Shown here: positions 33,701 to 43,783 of the stretch, one piece after another | Layout: every line of letters starts with the position of its first letter | How positions within the stretch are numbered: position 1 is the stretch's first letter | Source of the DNA: Micrococcales bacterium | GTDB lineage: Bacteria; Actinomycetota; Actinomycetes; Actinomycetales; CAWJMD01 | Assembly (NCBI GenBank): GCA_002748415.1 | Contig: PDSI01000248.1 | Location: 35,567 to 99,566 of the forward strand | DNA length: 64,000 nucleotides | Direction of reading: 5' to 3' | The notes under the pieces: generated by a model | Told to the model about the DNA's origin: nothing | The model's database searches: none | Seen by the model: only the letters and a program-made list of their open reading frames with translations | Program-made: the position numbers and the translations under genes

Positions 33701-36700
33701 CCCCGCACGGGCGTCGAGTCGGCGCTCGCGACCGTCTGGCAGGAGGTCCTGGCCGTCGAGCCGATCGGCGTCGAGGACGACTTCTTCGAGCTCGGCGGCG
33801 ACTCGATCCTCTCGATGCAGGTCGTCGCGCGCGTCCGCGACGCCTTCGGCGTGGACGTCGCGCTGCGTGAGCTGTTCGACGCGCCGACCGTCGCGGGCCT
33901 CGCGACCGCGGTCAAGCGGGCGCGGCGGCGCGAGTCCGCGGCGCCCCCGCTCGTGCCGGTCGGGCGCGACCGCGACCTCCCGCTGTCGTTCGGCCAGCAG
34001 CGGCTGTGGTTCATCGAGCAGCTCCAGCCCGAGGCCGCGACCTACAACTCCGCCTGGGCGGTCCGGCTGAGGGGCGAGCTCGACGTGGCCGCGCTGGCCG
34101 GGGCGCTCGACGCGATCGTCGCGCGGCACGAGGCGCTGCGCACCACGTTCGCCGTGGCCGGCGGCGAGCCGATCCAGGTGGTGCACCCGGCGGCCCCGGC
34201 CGAGCTGCAGATCCACGAGCTCGACGATCTGCCGCCGGCCGAGCGCGCAGCGGCCGCGGAGCGGCTGCTCGCCGAGGAGGCCGATCGGCCCTTCGACCTG
34301 CGCCACGGCCCGCTGTTCCGCGCGCTGCTCGTGCGGCTCGCCGGCACGGAGCACGTGCTCGTGCTCTCGATGCACCACATCGTCTCGGACGGCTGGACGC
34401 TCGGGGTGCTGGAGGCCGAGCTGTCCGAGTTGTTCGCCGCCGCCGTCGAGGCGCGGCCGGCGACGCTCGAGCCGCTCGTCGTCCAGTACCCCGACTACGC
34501 GGTGTGGCAGCGCACGTGGCTCGACGGCGAGGTGCTCGACGCGGAGATGGGGTACTGGCGGGACGAGCTCGACGGCGCCCCGCAGGTGCTCGAGCTGCCG
34601 ACCGACCGGCGGCGCCCGGCGGTGCAGAGCCTCCGCGGCGACGTCCACGCGTTCCGCGTGCCGCCCGACACCTCCGCGCGGCTGCTGCGGCTGGGCCGCG
34701 AGCACGACGCGACCCCGTTCATGACGCTGCTCACCGCGTATGCGGCGCTGCTCCAGCGCTACAGCGGCCAGCGCGACGTCCTCGTCGGCACACCCATCGC
34801 AGGCCGCGCGCGGACCGAGCTCGAGCCGCTGATCGGGTTCTTCGTCAACACGGTCGTGATTCGCTCGCGTTTCGAGAGCGACCCGTCGTTCGCCGAGCTG
34901 CTCGGGCGGGTGCGGGAGGCCGCGCTCGGCGCGTTCGCCCATCAGGACGTGCCGTTCGAGCGGCTGGTCGAGGAGCTGGTCCCCGACCGTAGCCTCAGTC
35001 ACAGCCCGCTCTTCCAGGTGGTGTTCACGCTCGAGTCGGCCGGCGAGGCGCCGGCCCGGATGCCGGGGCTCGACGTAGAGCCGGTCGGGCTCCCTCTCAC
35101 GACGACGAACTTCGACCTCACGCTGCACCTCGTCGAGACCGCCGACGGGCTCGAGGCGGCGTTCGAGTACAGCGTCGACCTGTTCGATCCCCAGACCGCC
35201 GAGCGATTCGGTCGGCAGTTCGTCGCCCTCCTCGAGGCCGTGGTCGAAGCCCCGCAGCGGCCGCTGTCCGAGCTGTCGCTACTTGCCGCCGGTGAGCGTG
35301 AGCTGGTGGTGAGGGAGTGGGCGGGTTCCCGGGTCGACGTGCCGGCGCGGCCAGTGCATGCGCTAGTGGCCGAGCAGCCGGCGGATCGCGTCGCGGTGGT
35401 TTTCGGCGAGGAGCAGGTGACCTATGGCGAGCTGGACGCGCGGGCCAATCGGCTGGCGCGGCATCTGATCGCGTGCGGCGTGGGTCCGGAGTCGCTGGTC
35501 GGGCTGTGCCTGGAGCGGTCGGTCGAGCTGGTCGCCGCACTGCTCGGCGTGCTCAAGGCGGGAGCTGCGTTCGTCCCGCTCGACCCGGAGTATCCGCGTG
35601 AGCGGTTGGGGTGGATCCTCGAGGACTGCGACGCGCCCGTGGTGGTCACGCAGCGTGCGCTGGCGGCGCGACTGCCCGCGTGCGACGCGCGGCTGGTGGT
35701 GCTGGATGACGACGCCGAGCTGATCGCGGCTCGCTCGGAAGTCGATCCGGGCGTCGATGTCGATGCGGATGCGCTGGCCTACGTGATGTTCACGTCGGGC
35801 TCGACGGGCCGGCCGAAGGGCGTGTTGGTCGAGCATCGCTCGATCCTGCGGCTCGTTCGTAGCGCGGACTTCGCGCGCCTCGACGCCGACGAGGTGTTCT
35901 TGCAGCTCGCGCCGGTGTCGTTCGATGCGTCGACTCTGGAGATCTGGGGCGCGCTGGCCAACGGCGCGAAGCTCGTCGTGTTCCCGCCCGGCCCGCCGAC
36001 CGTGAGCGAGCTCGGCCGGGTTATAGCAGAGCACGGCGTGTCGATCCTGTGGTTGACCGCGTCGTTGTTCAACGTCGCCGTCGACCACGACCCGCACATG
36101 CTGGCGCCGGTGCGCCAGCTGCTGATCGGCGGCGAGGTGCTGTCGGTCGCGCACGTCCGCAAGGCGCTCGCCGCGCTGCCGGACACCCGGATCGTCAACG
36201 GCTACGGGCCGACGGAGAACACCACCTTCACGTGCTGTCATCCGATCCCCGCAGATCTCGGCGAGGTCGGATCGGTGCCGATCGGCCGGCCGATCGCCAA
36301 CACCGAGGTCCTCGTGCTCGACGAGCAGCTTCAACCGGTCGGCGTTGGCGTGCCGGGCGAGCTGTGCACCTCCGGCGCGGGGCTGGCGCGCGGTTACCTC
36401 AACCGGCCCGCCCTGACCGCACAGACGTTCGTCGCGCACCCGTTCCGGCCCGGCGAGCGGATCTACCGCACCGGCGACCTCGTCAGGTGGCGCGACGACG
36501 GCACCCTGGACTACCTTGGGCGGATCGACCGGCAGATCAAGCTGCGCGGCTTCCGCATCGAGCTCGGCGAGATCCAGACCGCATTGACGCAGCACCCCGC
36601 CGTCCGCGACGCGGCCGTGATCGCCGACGGCGACCGACTCGTCGCTTACGTGACCGGCACCGGTCTCGACACCAGCCGGCTGCGCGTCGACCTCGCGGAC

Positions 36701-37801
36701 CGGCTGTCGGGCTACATGATCCCGTCGCTGTTCGTGGTGCTCGACGAGCTGCCGCTGTCGCCCAACGGCAAGCTCGACTACAACGCGCTCCCCAAGCCAG
36801 GGCGCGCGGGCGCGGCGAGCTACGAGGCGCCGCGCAGCGAGACCGAGCGCGTGTTGGCCGCGGTCTGGGCGGACGCGCTCGGGCTCGACGAGGTCGGCGT
36901 CCACGACAGCTTCTTCGACATCGGCGGGCACTCGCTCGCCGTCATCAAGCTGCTCGACCGCATCGAGGCCACCACCGGCGTCCGGCTCGCCGTGCGCAGC
37001 ATCTTCGAGCGGCCGACGATCGCCGAGCTGACGAGCGAGATCGACGCACGCGCGGCCGCGACGGCGGAGGCCGCGGCGGACACGTCCGCGCGGGTCATCC
37101 GCTTCGGCGGAGCCAGCGAGGGTGTCGGCGTCGTGTTCGTCCATCCGCTCGGGGGCAGCGTCTTCCCGTACCTCGAGATCGCGCGAAACCTTGGCGACGA
37201 CCGGCCGTTGTGGGGCGTTCAGGCGCCCGAGCTGGACGGCGAGGAGACGACGCCTGAGACGATCGAGGCCATGGCGGCGGCGCACCTGGCTGCGCTGGAT
37301 AACGCCGGGGTCAGGCCGCCGTACGTGCTCGCGGGGTGGTCGATGGGCGGGCTCGTCGCGTTCGAGATGGCACGGCAGCTCGAGCTGGCGGGGCGGCCGG
37401 CGCCGCTGCTCGCGCTGCTCGACACCGCACCGCCGGAGAAGGGTGACGGCCCGTCGGATGCGGACGCCGGCGAGCTGCTGCACGGCCCCGCCGTCCCGGC
37501 GGCCGTGCGCGATCTCGCGCTCAAGCAGGTCGCGGCGCTAGGGCGGTACGCGGCCGGCACCTACCGAGGTCGCGTCGCGCTCTGCGTGGCGGCCGGAGGC
37601 GAGGCGCCGAGCGAGGCGGACGCGCGCGCGTGGGACCCGTTCCTGCGCGGGGCCGTGACCGAGCACCGTTTCGACGCCGACCACATGAGCCTCATGACGG
37701 GGGACGCCGCTCGCGGCGTCGCGGCTGCGTTGCGATCCGAAGCTCGAGCTTTGAAGCTTCAACCGGAGTATTCAGCACCATCAACCAAGGAGTCATCATG
37801 A
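21782..37801 (+). CDS. Nonribosomal peptide synthetase 2: C-A-T-E / C-A-T-E / C-A-T / C-A-T-TE (terminating)
   Basis: GTG at 21782 overlaps the NRPS1 stop (GTGA) and yields [21 protein letters not shown], the normal N-terminus of a C domain that follows an E domain. C HHxxxDG at ~22201, 26731, 31228 and 34372 (HHIVSDGWT). SGSTGRPKG at ~23620, 28134, 32644 and 35793. GGDS at ~24813, 29305 and 33794; GGHS at ~36922. [11 protein letters not shown] at ~25318 and 29824. TE GWSMGG at ~37334. Stop at 37799-37801. Confidence 0.96.
37095..37798 (+). other. Terminal thioesterase domain of NRPS2
   Basis: [14 protein letters not shown]..., a GWSMGG nucleophile elbow, and a C-terminal DADHMSLM histidine region. 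It follows the last carrier domain ([11 protein letters not shown]). Confidence 0.85.
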
Positions 37802-37989
37802 GGTCATCGGAAGAGCAGGACGACCGGACCTACACCGTCCTCATCAACGACAAGGACCAGCACTCGCTGTGGCTGGCGTCCAAGGACGTCCCCGCGGGTT
37901 GGCGGCCCGTCGGCAAGACCGGGACGAAGGACGAGTGCGTCGCGTACGTCGACGAGGTCGGCTACGTCGGCCCCAAGCCGCCGGCCTGA
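37798..37989 (+). CDS. MbtH-like protein (divergent C-terminus)
   Basis: The ATG overlaps the NRPS2 stop (ATGA), with AAGGAG 5-10 nt upstream. The 63-aa product contains YTVLINDKDQHSLW...VPAGW, which matches the MbtH signature NxExQxSxW / PxGW. Confidence 0.85.
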   Translation: MRSSEEQDDRTYTVLINDKDQHSLWLASKDVPAGWRPVGKTGTKDECVAYVDEVGYVGPKPPA

Positions 37990-38012
37990 GCGAGAGAGGA
38001 GCGCTCCGAGCA

Positions 38013-39089
38013 ATGGCCATCAACGTAGACTACCTCTCCCGAGTCCCTCCGGCCTCCGTCGCCGCGAGGGATGCGGAGGTCCCCAACGAGTTCGTCCTCA
38101 CGCCCATCGAGAGCCTGGCGGTCGACGAGCTCGCCCGGGACATCACCGCGTCGTACGAGAGCGCCGAGGATCCGCGCTTCGTGATGGACGCCCGGACGCT
38201 CGCCTACGAGCTGCCGCGGCGGCTGCGCGTGTGGGCGGAGCGCATGCGTCAGAGCGACGGCGTGCCGTGGTTCCGCATCCGTAGCCACCGCTTCCCCGAC
38301 GAGGAGCTTGGGCCGACTCCGCCGCGGTTCGAGCCCGAGCCCCGGAGTCCCGCGCTCCCGCAGGAGATCTGCCTGATGCTGTTCGGATCGCTCCTCGGAG
38401 ACCCTTTCGGCTGGGAGACGCAGCAGGCCGGTCGGCTGTTGCACGACATCGTCCCGGCGCCGGGTCAGGAGCTCTCGCAGACGAGCGCATGCAGCGCGGC
38501 CGAGCTCGCGTGGCACACGGAGGACGCCTTCCACCCGTATCGCGCGGACTACCTCGTCCTCGGCTGCCTGCGGAACCCGGACGAGACCAGCACGACGATA
38601 GCGTGCGTCTCCGACCTCGAGCTCGACCGGGCGACCGAAGCCGTCCTTGCCCAGCCGCGGTTCCTGATTGCGCCCGACGATTCGCATTCGCCGGCCGGGC
38701 TCGACGACGACGCCGCGTGGCGCGATGTCGAACCCGTCGCCATTCTGACGGGTCGGCACGAGCGTCCGATGATGCGGATCGATCCCGAGTTCATGGCCGT
38801 ACGCGACGGCGACGACGAGGCGCAGGCCGCTCTGGATCGCATCTGCGAACAGGTCGAGGCGAACCTGCGCGAGATCTGGTTCGCGCCCGGCGACTACGTC
38901 TTCATCGACAACCACCGTTGCGTGCACGGCCGCAAGCCGTTCGTCGCGCGCTTCGACGGCACCGACCGCTGGCTCAAGCGGCTCAGCCTGACGCGCGACC
39001 TGCGGAAGATGACCGACGCGGGCGTGACGCCCACGGGACGGCAAGCACAGCGCACGTGCTCCTACGAAATCGAGGTGACGGGCGCATGA
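38013..39089 (+). CDS. Fe(II)/2-oxoglutarate-dependent amino-acid hydroxylase, clavaminate-synthase-like (VioC/AsnO/MppO type)
   Basis: The chosen start is an ATG with GAGGAG upstream. His-x-Glu in WHTEDAFHPYRADYLVLGCLRNPD and a distal His-Gly-Arg in FIDNHRCVHGRKPF. Size ~358 aa. Confidence 0.8.
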   Translation: MAINVDYLSRVPPASVAARDAEVPNEFVLTPIESLAVDELARDITASYESAEDPRFVMDARTLAYELPRRLRVWAERMRQSDGVPWFRIRSHRFPDEELGPTPPRFEPEPRSPALPQEICLMLFGSLLGDPFGWETQQAGRLLHDIVPAPGQELSQTSACSAAELAWHTEDAFHPYRADYLVLGCLRNPDETSTTIACVSDLELDRATEAVLAQPRFLIAPDDSHSPAGLDDDAAWRDVEPVAILTGRHERPMMRIDPEFMAVRDGDDEAQAALDRICEQVEANLREIWFAPGDYVFIDNHRCVHGRKPFVARFDGTDRWLKRLSLTRDLRKMTDAGVTPTGRQAQRTCSYEIEVTGA

Positions 39090-40933
39090 GCGACCGTGAG
39101 ATGACCGCACGCGAGCGAGCGCTCGCAGAGCTCGCCGAGCGCGAGCCGTTCGACGCCTCGGGGCTCCGGGCGCTGCTGCGCTACGCGAAGCCGCACCGCG
39201 CGATCCTCTTGCTGGGGATCTCCCTGGGAATCGTCGGGACGGCGGCCGCCCTCGCTCAGCCGCTCGCCGCCCGGGAAGTGCTCGAGACCATCGGTGCCGA
39301 AGGGTCGATGACCACGCCGCTGATGCTCCTCGTGGCGCTCGTGCTCGTGGACGCGCTCCTCATGGGAGTCCACCTCTACATGCTCGAGAAGACCGGCGAG
39401 CGCATGGTCCTCGGCATCCGCGTGAACCTGATCGAGCGCCTCCTGCGCCTTCCGGTCCGGGAGTACGACCAACGTCCGATGGGCGAGCTGCTCTCGCGCG
39501 CCGGCTCGGACACGACGCTGCTGCGCGCTGTCGTGACTGCCAACGTGCTCGACGCCGGCTCGAGCGTGCTGATGGTCGGCGGCTCGATCGCCGTGATGGC
39601 GTATCTCGACTGGGTCCTGCTCCTGGTCGTCCTCGGCGTCCTCGTCGTGATCGCGGGCTTCGTTGCCCCGTCGGTCTCGCGCATCAAGGAGGCGACCGAG
39701 ACCGCGCAGGAGGGCGTCGGTCAGATGACCGCCGCGCTCGAACGTGCGCTTGGAGCGATCCGCACGGTCAAGGCGAGCACGGCGGAGGATCGCGAGGGCG
39801 AGCGGGTCGGCGAGCAGGCGCAGGCCGCGTATGCGGCGGGCGTCCGGTCGGCGAAGCTCGACGCCATCGTCGGTGTGGCCACCGGGCTCGCGGTGCAGCT
39901 GTCGTTCCTCGTTGTGCTCGGCGTCGGTGGCGCACGCGTGGCGTCGGGCTCCATGGGCGCCGCGGACCTCATCGCGTTCCTGCTGTACATCTTCTACCTC
40001 GCCGCGCCGCTGGCAGTCTTGGCGAACGCCGTCACCGAGTTGCAGAAGGCGTCGGCCGCGGCGAATCGCATCGTCGAGGTCGAGCGGATGCCGATCGAGC
40101 TCGACATCGTGCCCGATTCGGCGCCGCCGATGGCGGTCGAGCGGCGCTCGGAGGCGCCGGGCACGGCCATGGCACCGGAGGTCGTCTTCGACGGCGTCGA
40201 GTTCTCGTACCGGCCGGACGTGCCGGTCCTTCAGGGCACCTCGTTCCGCGTCGAGCCTGGCTGCAAGGCCGCCCTCGTCGGGCCGTCCGGTGCCGGCAAG
40301 TCGACGATCCTCGCGCTGTTGGAGCGCTTCTACGCCCCGGCGACGGGGACGATCCGGCTCGACGGCCGGGACATCGGGTCGATCCCGTTGCGTGAGCTGC
40401 GCCGGCAGATCGGCTACGTCGAGCAGGACGCGCCGGTGTTGGCCGGCTCGCTGCGCGACAGCCTGCTCTACACGGCCGGCGACGTCGCGGACGACGAGGT
40501 CGCCGCGGTTGTCCGCGCGAGTCGCCTCGAGGACCTGGCGGCCCGGTTGCCCGACGGGCTCGACAGCCTCGTCGGCGACCGCGGCGTGCAACTGTCCGGC
40601 GGCGAGCGGCAGCGCCTCGCGATCGGGCGGCTGCTGCTGCGCCGGCCGCGGCTGGTGCTACTCGACGAGGCGACGTCGCAGCTCGACTCGGTCAACGAGG
40701 AGGCGCTGCGCTCAGCGATTGACGAGCTGGCGCGGGACTGCACGATGATCGTTATCGCGCACCGGCTCTCGACGGTCGCTCGCTCCGACAAGATCCTCCT
40801 GCTCGACGGCGGCGCGATCCGCGCAACCGGGACGCACGAGGGCCTGATGGAGCAGAGCGATCTCTACCGCGACCTGGCTCGCGGGCAGCTCCTCGACGGC
40901 GACGTCAAGGCGACGGCCCCGGAGTCGGCGTGA
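39086..40933 (+). CDS. ABC transporter, fused permease-ATPase (exporter type)
   Basis: ATGA overlap with the hydroxylase stop. The N-terminal half is hydrophobic with predicted TM segments. Walker A GPSGAGKST, signature LSGGERQR, and Walker B LVLLDEATSQLD. Confidence 0.9.
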   Translation: MSDREMTARERALAELAEREPFDASGLRALLRYAKPHRAILLLGISLGIVGTAAALAQPLAAREVLETIGAEGSMTTPLMLLVALVLVDALLMGVHLYMLEKTGERMVLGIRVNLIERLLRLPVREYDQRPMGELLSRAGSDTTLLRAVVTANVLDAGSSVLMVGGSIAVMAYLDWVLLLVVLGVLVVIAGFVAPSVSRIKEATETAQEGVGQMTAALERALGAIRTVKASTAEDREGERVGEQAQAAYAAGVRSAKLDAIVGVATGLAVQLSFLVVLGVGGARVASGSMGAADLIAFLLYIFYLAAPLAVLANAVTELQKASAAANRIVEVERMPIELDIVPDSAPPMAVERRSEAPGTAMAPEVVFDGVEFSYRPDVPVLQGTSFRVEPGCKAALVGPSGAGKSTILALLERFYAPATGTIRLDGRDIGSIPLRELRRQIGYVEQDAPVLAGSLRDSLLYTAGDVADDEVAAVVRASRLEDLAARLPDGLDSLVGDRGVQLSGGERQRLAIGRLLLRRPRLVLLDEATSQLDSVNEEALRSAIDELARDCTMIVIAHRLSTVARSDKILLLDGGAIRATGTHEGLMEQSDLYRDLARGQLLDGDVKATAPESA

Positions 40934-41621
40934 GCGCACCGACGACGTCCGTGACCGTGATGGTGCAGGAGCCCTCGGCCACGAGCGCCGCTGCGTACCC
41001 GGCGCCCACGTCGGGGGCGGCGACGGTCCAGCCGTCCCGGGGGACCATCACGGACGACGGCTCTGCCGCGAGGCCGGTGCCGATCGCCTTGAGGTACGCC
41101 TCCTTGCGCGTCCACAGCTCGAAGCACCGGTCGGACCACCCGCCGCTGGCCGGCAGGCCAAGCGCGCTGATCTCTTCAGCGTGGAACGCGGTGCGCGCGG
41201 CGGTGGCCCAGTCGAAGGCGGGATCGCGGAGCTCGACGTCGACCCCGACGCGCCCGGACGGCGAGACGGCGTACAGCGTCAGGGGGCCCGAGCGCGACGT
41301 GCTCACGTCGAGCGTCTCAGGCGCGCCCGGGAGGCCGGCGTGAAGGGCGCCGTGGGGGCCGCCGCACGAGCGGCAGCGTCGTTCGATCGCGACGCCGGCT
41401 GGCGCGACGCCGAGGTAGCCGCCGAGCAGAGTGCGAAGGACGGCCGTGGCGATCGCGGCGCGGCGCCTCAGCGTCTCGTCGCGGTAGCGGGCGGCGCGCT
41501 GGCGCTCGTCGGCGCTGAGCGCGTCGAGCGGCGCGGCCCCGTGGCAGTGGGCTGTGTCGAGGTCGGCGTACCAGACGTGGACGGCGTCGCCGGAGGGCGG
41601 ATCGAGGCGGTTGATGCGCAC
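40905..41621 (-). CDS. 4'-phosphopantetheinyl transferase, Sfp type
   Basis: GTG start. Motifs GVDVE and FELWTRKEAYLKAIG. The 3' end overlaps the ABC gene 3' end by 29 nt (convergent). Confidence 0.85.
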   Translation of the reverse strand: MRINRLDPPSGDAVHVWYADLDTAHCHGAAPLDALSADERQRAARYRDETLRRRAAIATAVLRTLLGGYLGVAPAGVAIERRCRSCGGPHGALHAGLPGAPETLDVSTSRSGPLTLYAVSPSGRVGVDVELRDPAFDWATAARTAFHAEEISALGLPASGGWSDRCFELWTRKEAYLKAIGTGLAAEPSSVMVPRDGWTVAAPDVGAGYAAALVAEGSCTITVTDVVGALTPTPGPSP

Positions 41622-41644
41622 GCCCCGACTCTAGGCGAGGGGCA

Positions 41645-42679
41645 GTGCCCATGAGCGTCGACCGGGTGGTGGCCGGCGAGGTCGCCGTCGACCTGCGCCC
41701 GTGCCTGCGTGGCGACCGCAACGAGTCGCTGCTCGGCCCGCCCGAGGGGGCCGTCGCTGCGATTCGGAGGGCGGCGCGCTCGCTCCATCGCTACCCCGTC
41801 GAGACGCTCGAGCGTGCGACTGCGGCGATCGCCGCCACGTACGGCGTGCGGCCCGGTCAGGTGCTCGTGACGACTGGTGTCGACGAGGCGACCGATCTGT
41901 GCCTGCTGCACTTCGACCGTTGCCACGCGACGACTCCCGGGTTCGACGGCTACGTCGCGCGGGCGGACGCGCTGAGGCGGCCCATGACGCTGCACGAGCT
42001 CACGCCGGGTTTCGCGCTGCCGCGGCTAGGCGAGCGTGACTTGCCGGCCGGCGAGCTGCTGATGCTCGCCTCGCCCAACAACCCCACGGGCATCACCTTC
42101 GATGCGGAGACGCTTGAGACGCTGCTCGCGCGCGGCGTCTGGATCATGCTCGACGAGACGTACGGCGACTTCAGCGAAGACGCGCCGGGGCTGCGCTGGC
42201 TATCAGAGGGGCGGAACGTGGTCGTCTTCCGCTCGTTCTCGAAGAGCTTCGGGCTCGCGGGCTTGCGCATCGGGGCGTTGATCGGCGACCCGACGATCCT
42301 CGCCGACCTCGCTGCTCGCAAGGCGTTCTGCACGCCCGGCGCCCTCGCCTTGGAAGCGCTTGTCGGCGCCCTGAGCGAGGACCCCGACTACCCGGCGCGG
42401 CTCGCGGCCTACACCCGGCCGCGCCGCGCGAACCTCGTCGCCGCCCTGCGGCGCGTGCCGTGCTTCACCAAGGTGCTCGACACGGAGACGAACTTCGTGC
42501 TCGCGCTCACCGACGGGCCGGCGCAGGCGCAGGCGTGCGTGGCCGCGGCCGCAACGGCGGGGCACGCCATCAAGCCGGCGGCCGATCTCGGCCTTCCGGG
42601 CGCGGTGAGGATCACCGTGCGCGAGTTCGACGACAACGAGCTGCTCGCAGCAGTGCTGACCAACGGAGTGACGACATGA
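41645..42679 (+). CDS. Class-II PLP aminotransferase, histidinol-phosphate aminotransferase (HisC)-like
   Basis: ASPNNPTG and FRSFSKSFGLAGLRIG (PLP lysine). The start is either GTG 41645 or ATG 41651. Confidence 0.85.
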   Translation: MPMSVDRVVAGEVAVDLRPCLRGDRNESLLGPPEGAVAAIRRAARSLHRYPVETLERATAAIAATYGVRPGQVLVTTGVDEATDLCLLHFDRCHATTPGFDGYVARADALRRPMTLHELTPGFALPRLGERDLPAGELLMLASPNNPTGITFDAETLETLLARGVWIMLDETYGDFSEDAPGLRWLSEGRNVVVFRSFSKSFGLAGLRIGALIGDPTILADLAARKAFCTPGALALEALVGALSEDPDYPARLAAYTRPRRANLVAALRRVPCFTKVLDTETNFVLALTDGPAQAQACVAAAATAGHAIKPAADLGLPGAVRITVREFDDNELLAAVLTNGVTT

Positions 42680-43767
42680 GCACCATGACCGGGCCGGCTT
42701 CCAACGCAGTCGCCTTCGCCCACCCGCGCGCCGACGACCCGGCCCTCCGGCGGACGCTGCTCAGCGCCTTCGACCATCTGGCGTCCTGGGCGGCGCTGGA
42801 GATGGCGTGGAGCGTCGCACGCGACGAGGAGCTGCTCTCGGCCGTCGAACGGGGCACCACCGTGGCGGAGCTCGCGACCCTGATCGACGCGCCGGAGCTT
42901 CGCGTCGAGGCGCTCCTGCGCGCGCTCGAGAACCATGGTGTGCTGAGCCGTGACGGCAGCAGCTTCCGGCTCGCGGAGGAGTGGAGCGCGCTGCGCGACG
43001 TGCGCGGCTGGCTCGAGCTGCTGCTCGGGGGCTACCACGGCGTGTTCCGCGCGGCCGGCGAGCTCACGCGGCACGGCGACGCCGCGGCGGCGCGCGACCC
43101 CGTGCACGTCGCGGCCGGCAGCGGCGGGATCACGACGTTCGACGCGGCACCGATGATGGCGCGCCTGATCGCCGGCGCCGACGCGGGCGACGCTCCCCTC
43201 ATCCTCGACTACGGCTGCGGCGACGGGACGATGCTCCGCGACCTGTGCCGGCACTTCCCCGGCGCGCGGGGGTTTGGCCTCGAGGTCGACCCGCGCACCG
43301 TCGCGCGCGCCGCCGAGAACCTCGCAGGCGCGGGGCTCGGCGACCGCGTCACGGTAGAGCGCGGGATGGCGCCGGCGTCCCTCCCCGATCTCGATCCCGA
43401 CTTCGTGATCCTCGCGTTCGTGCTGCACGAGGTGCTCGGCCAGGCGGGCCGCGAGGGGCTCGTCGAGTTCATGCGCTCGCTGCGCGAGGCCTACCCGCGC
43501 GCGAGCCTGCTCGCGGTCGAGGTCCTCAACCCGCGGCTCGTCGGGCTCGAGCGCCTGCTCGCCGAGGATCCCCAGGGCCGCGGCTACTACAACCCGTACA
43601 TCTGGCTGCACTACGTGACGCGGCAGGAGCTCGTCGACCACGAGACGTGGAAGGAGCTCTTCGACGAGGCGGGGTTCGAGATCGTCGCGACCGACGGCGT
43701 CGACCCCGGCATCGACCCGACAGGGCTCGAGGTGGGCTACCTCGCGCGGCCGACCGGGCAGAGCTGA
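42676..43767 (+). CDS. SAM-dependent methyltransferase with an N-terminal helical/dimerisation-like region (family-2 MT-like)
   Basis: ATGA overlap with the aminotransferase stop. Motif I is LILDYGCGDGTML, followed by an acidic loop GFGLEVD and then FVILAFVLHEV. Confidence 0.8.
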   Translation: MSTMTGPASNAVAFAHPRADDPALRRTLLSAFDHLASWAALEMAWSVARDEELLSAVERGTTVAELATLIDAPELRVEALLRALENHGVLSRDGSSFRLAEEWSALRDVRGWLELLLGGYHGVFRAAGELTRHGDAAAARDPVHVAAGSGGITTFDAAPMMARLIAGADAGDAPLILDYGCGDGTMLRDLCRHFPGARGFGLEVDPRTVARAAENLAGAGLGDRVTVERGMAPASLPDLDPDFVILAFVLHEVLGQAGREGLVEFMRSLREAYPRASLLAVEVLNPRLVGLERLLAEDPQGRGYYNPYIWLHYVTRQELVDHETWKELFDEAGFEIVATDGVDPGIDPTGLEVGYLARPTGQS

Positions 43768-43783
43768 GGCGGCGGCGTCATCG

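Noticed and set aside
37630-39085. N-terminal extensions of ORFs 37630-37989, 37869-39089 and 38489-40933 (and 42460-43767 further on)
   Set aside because: The extensions overlap the preceding genes in other frames and look non-protein-like. Internal ATGs at 37798, 38013, 39086 and 42676 have RBS-like sequences or ATGA coupling and begin where homology-like sequence begins.
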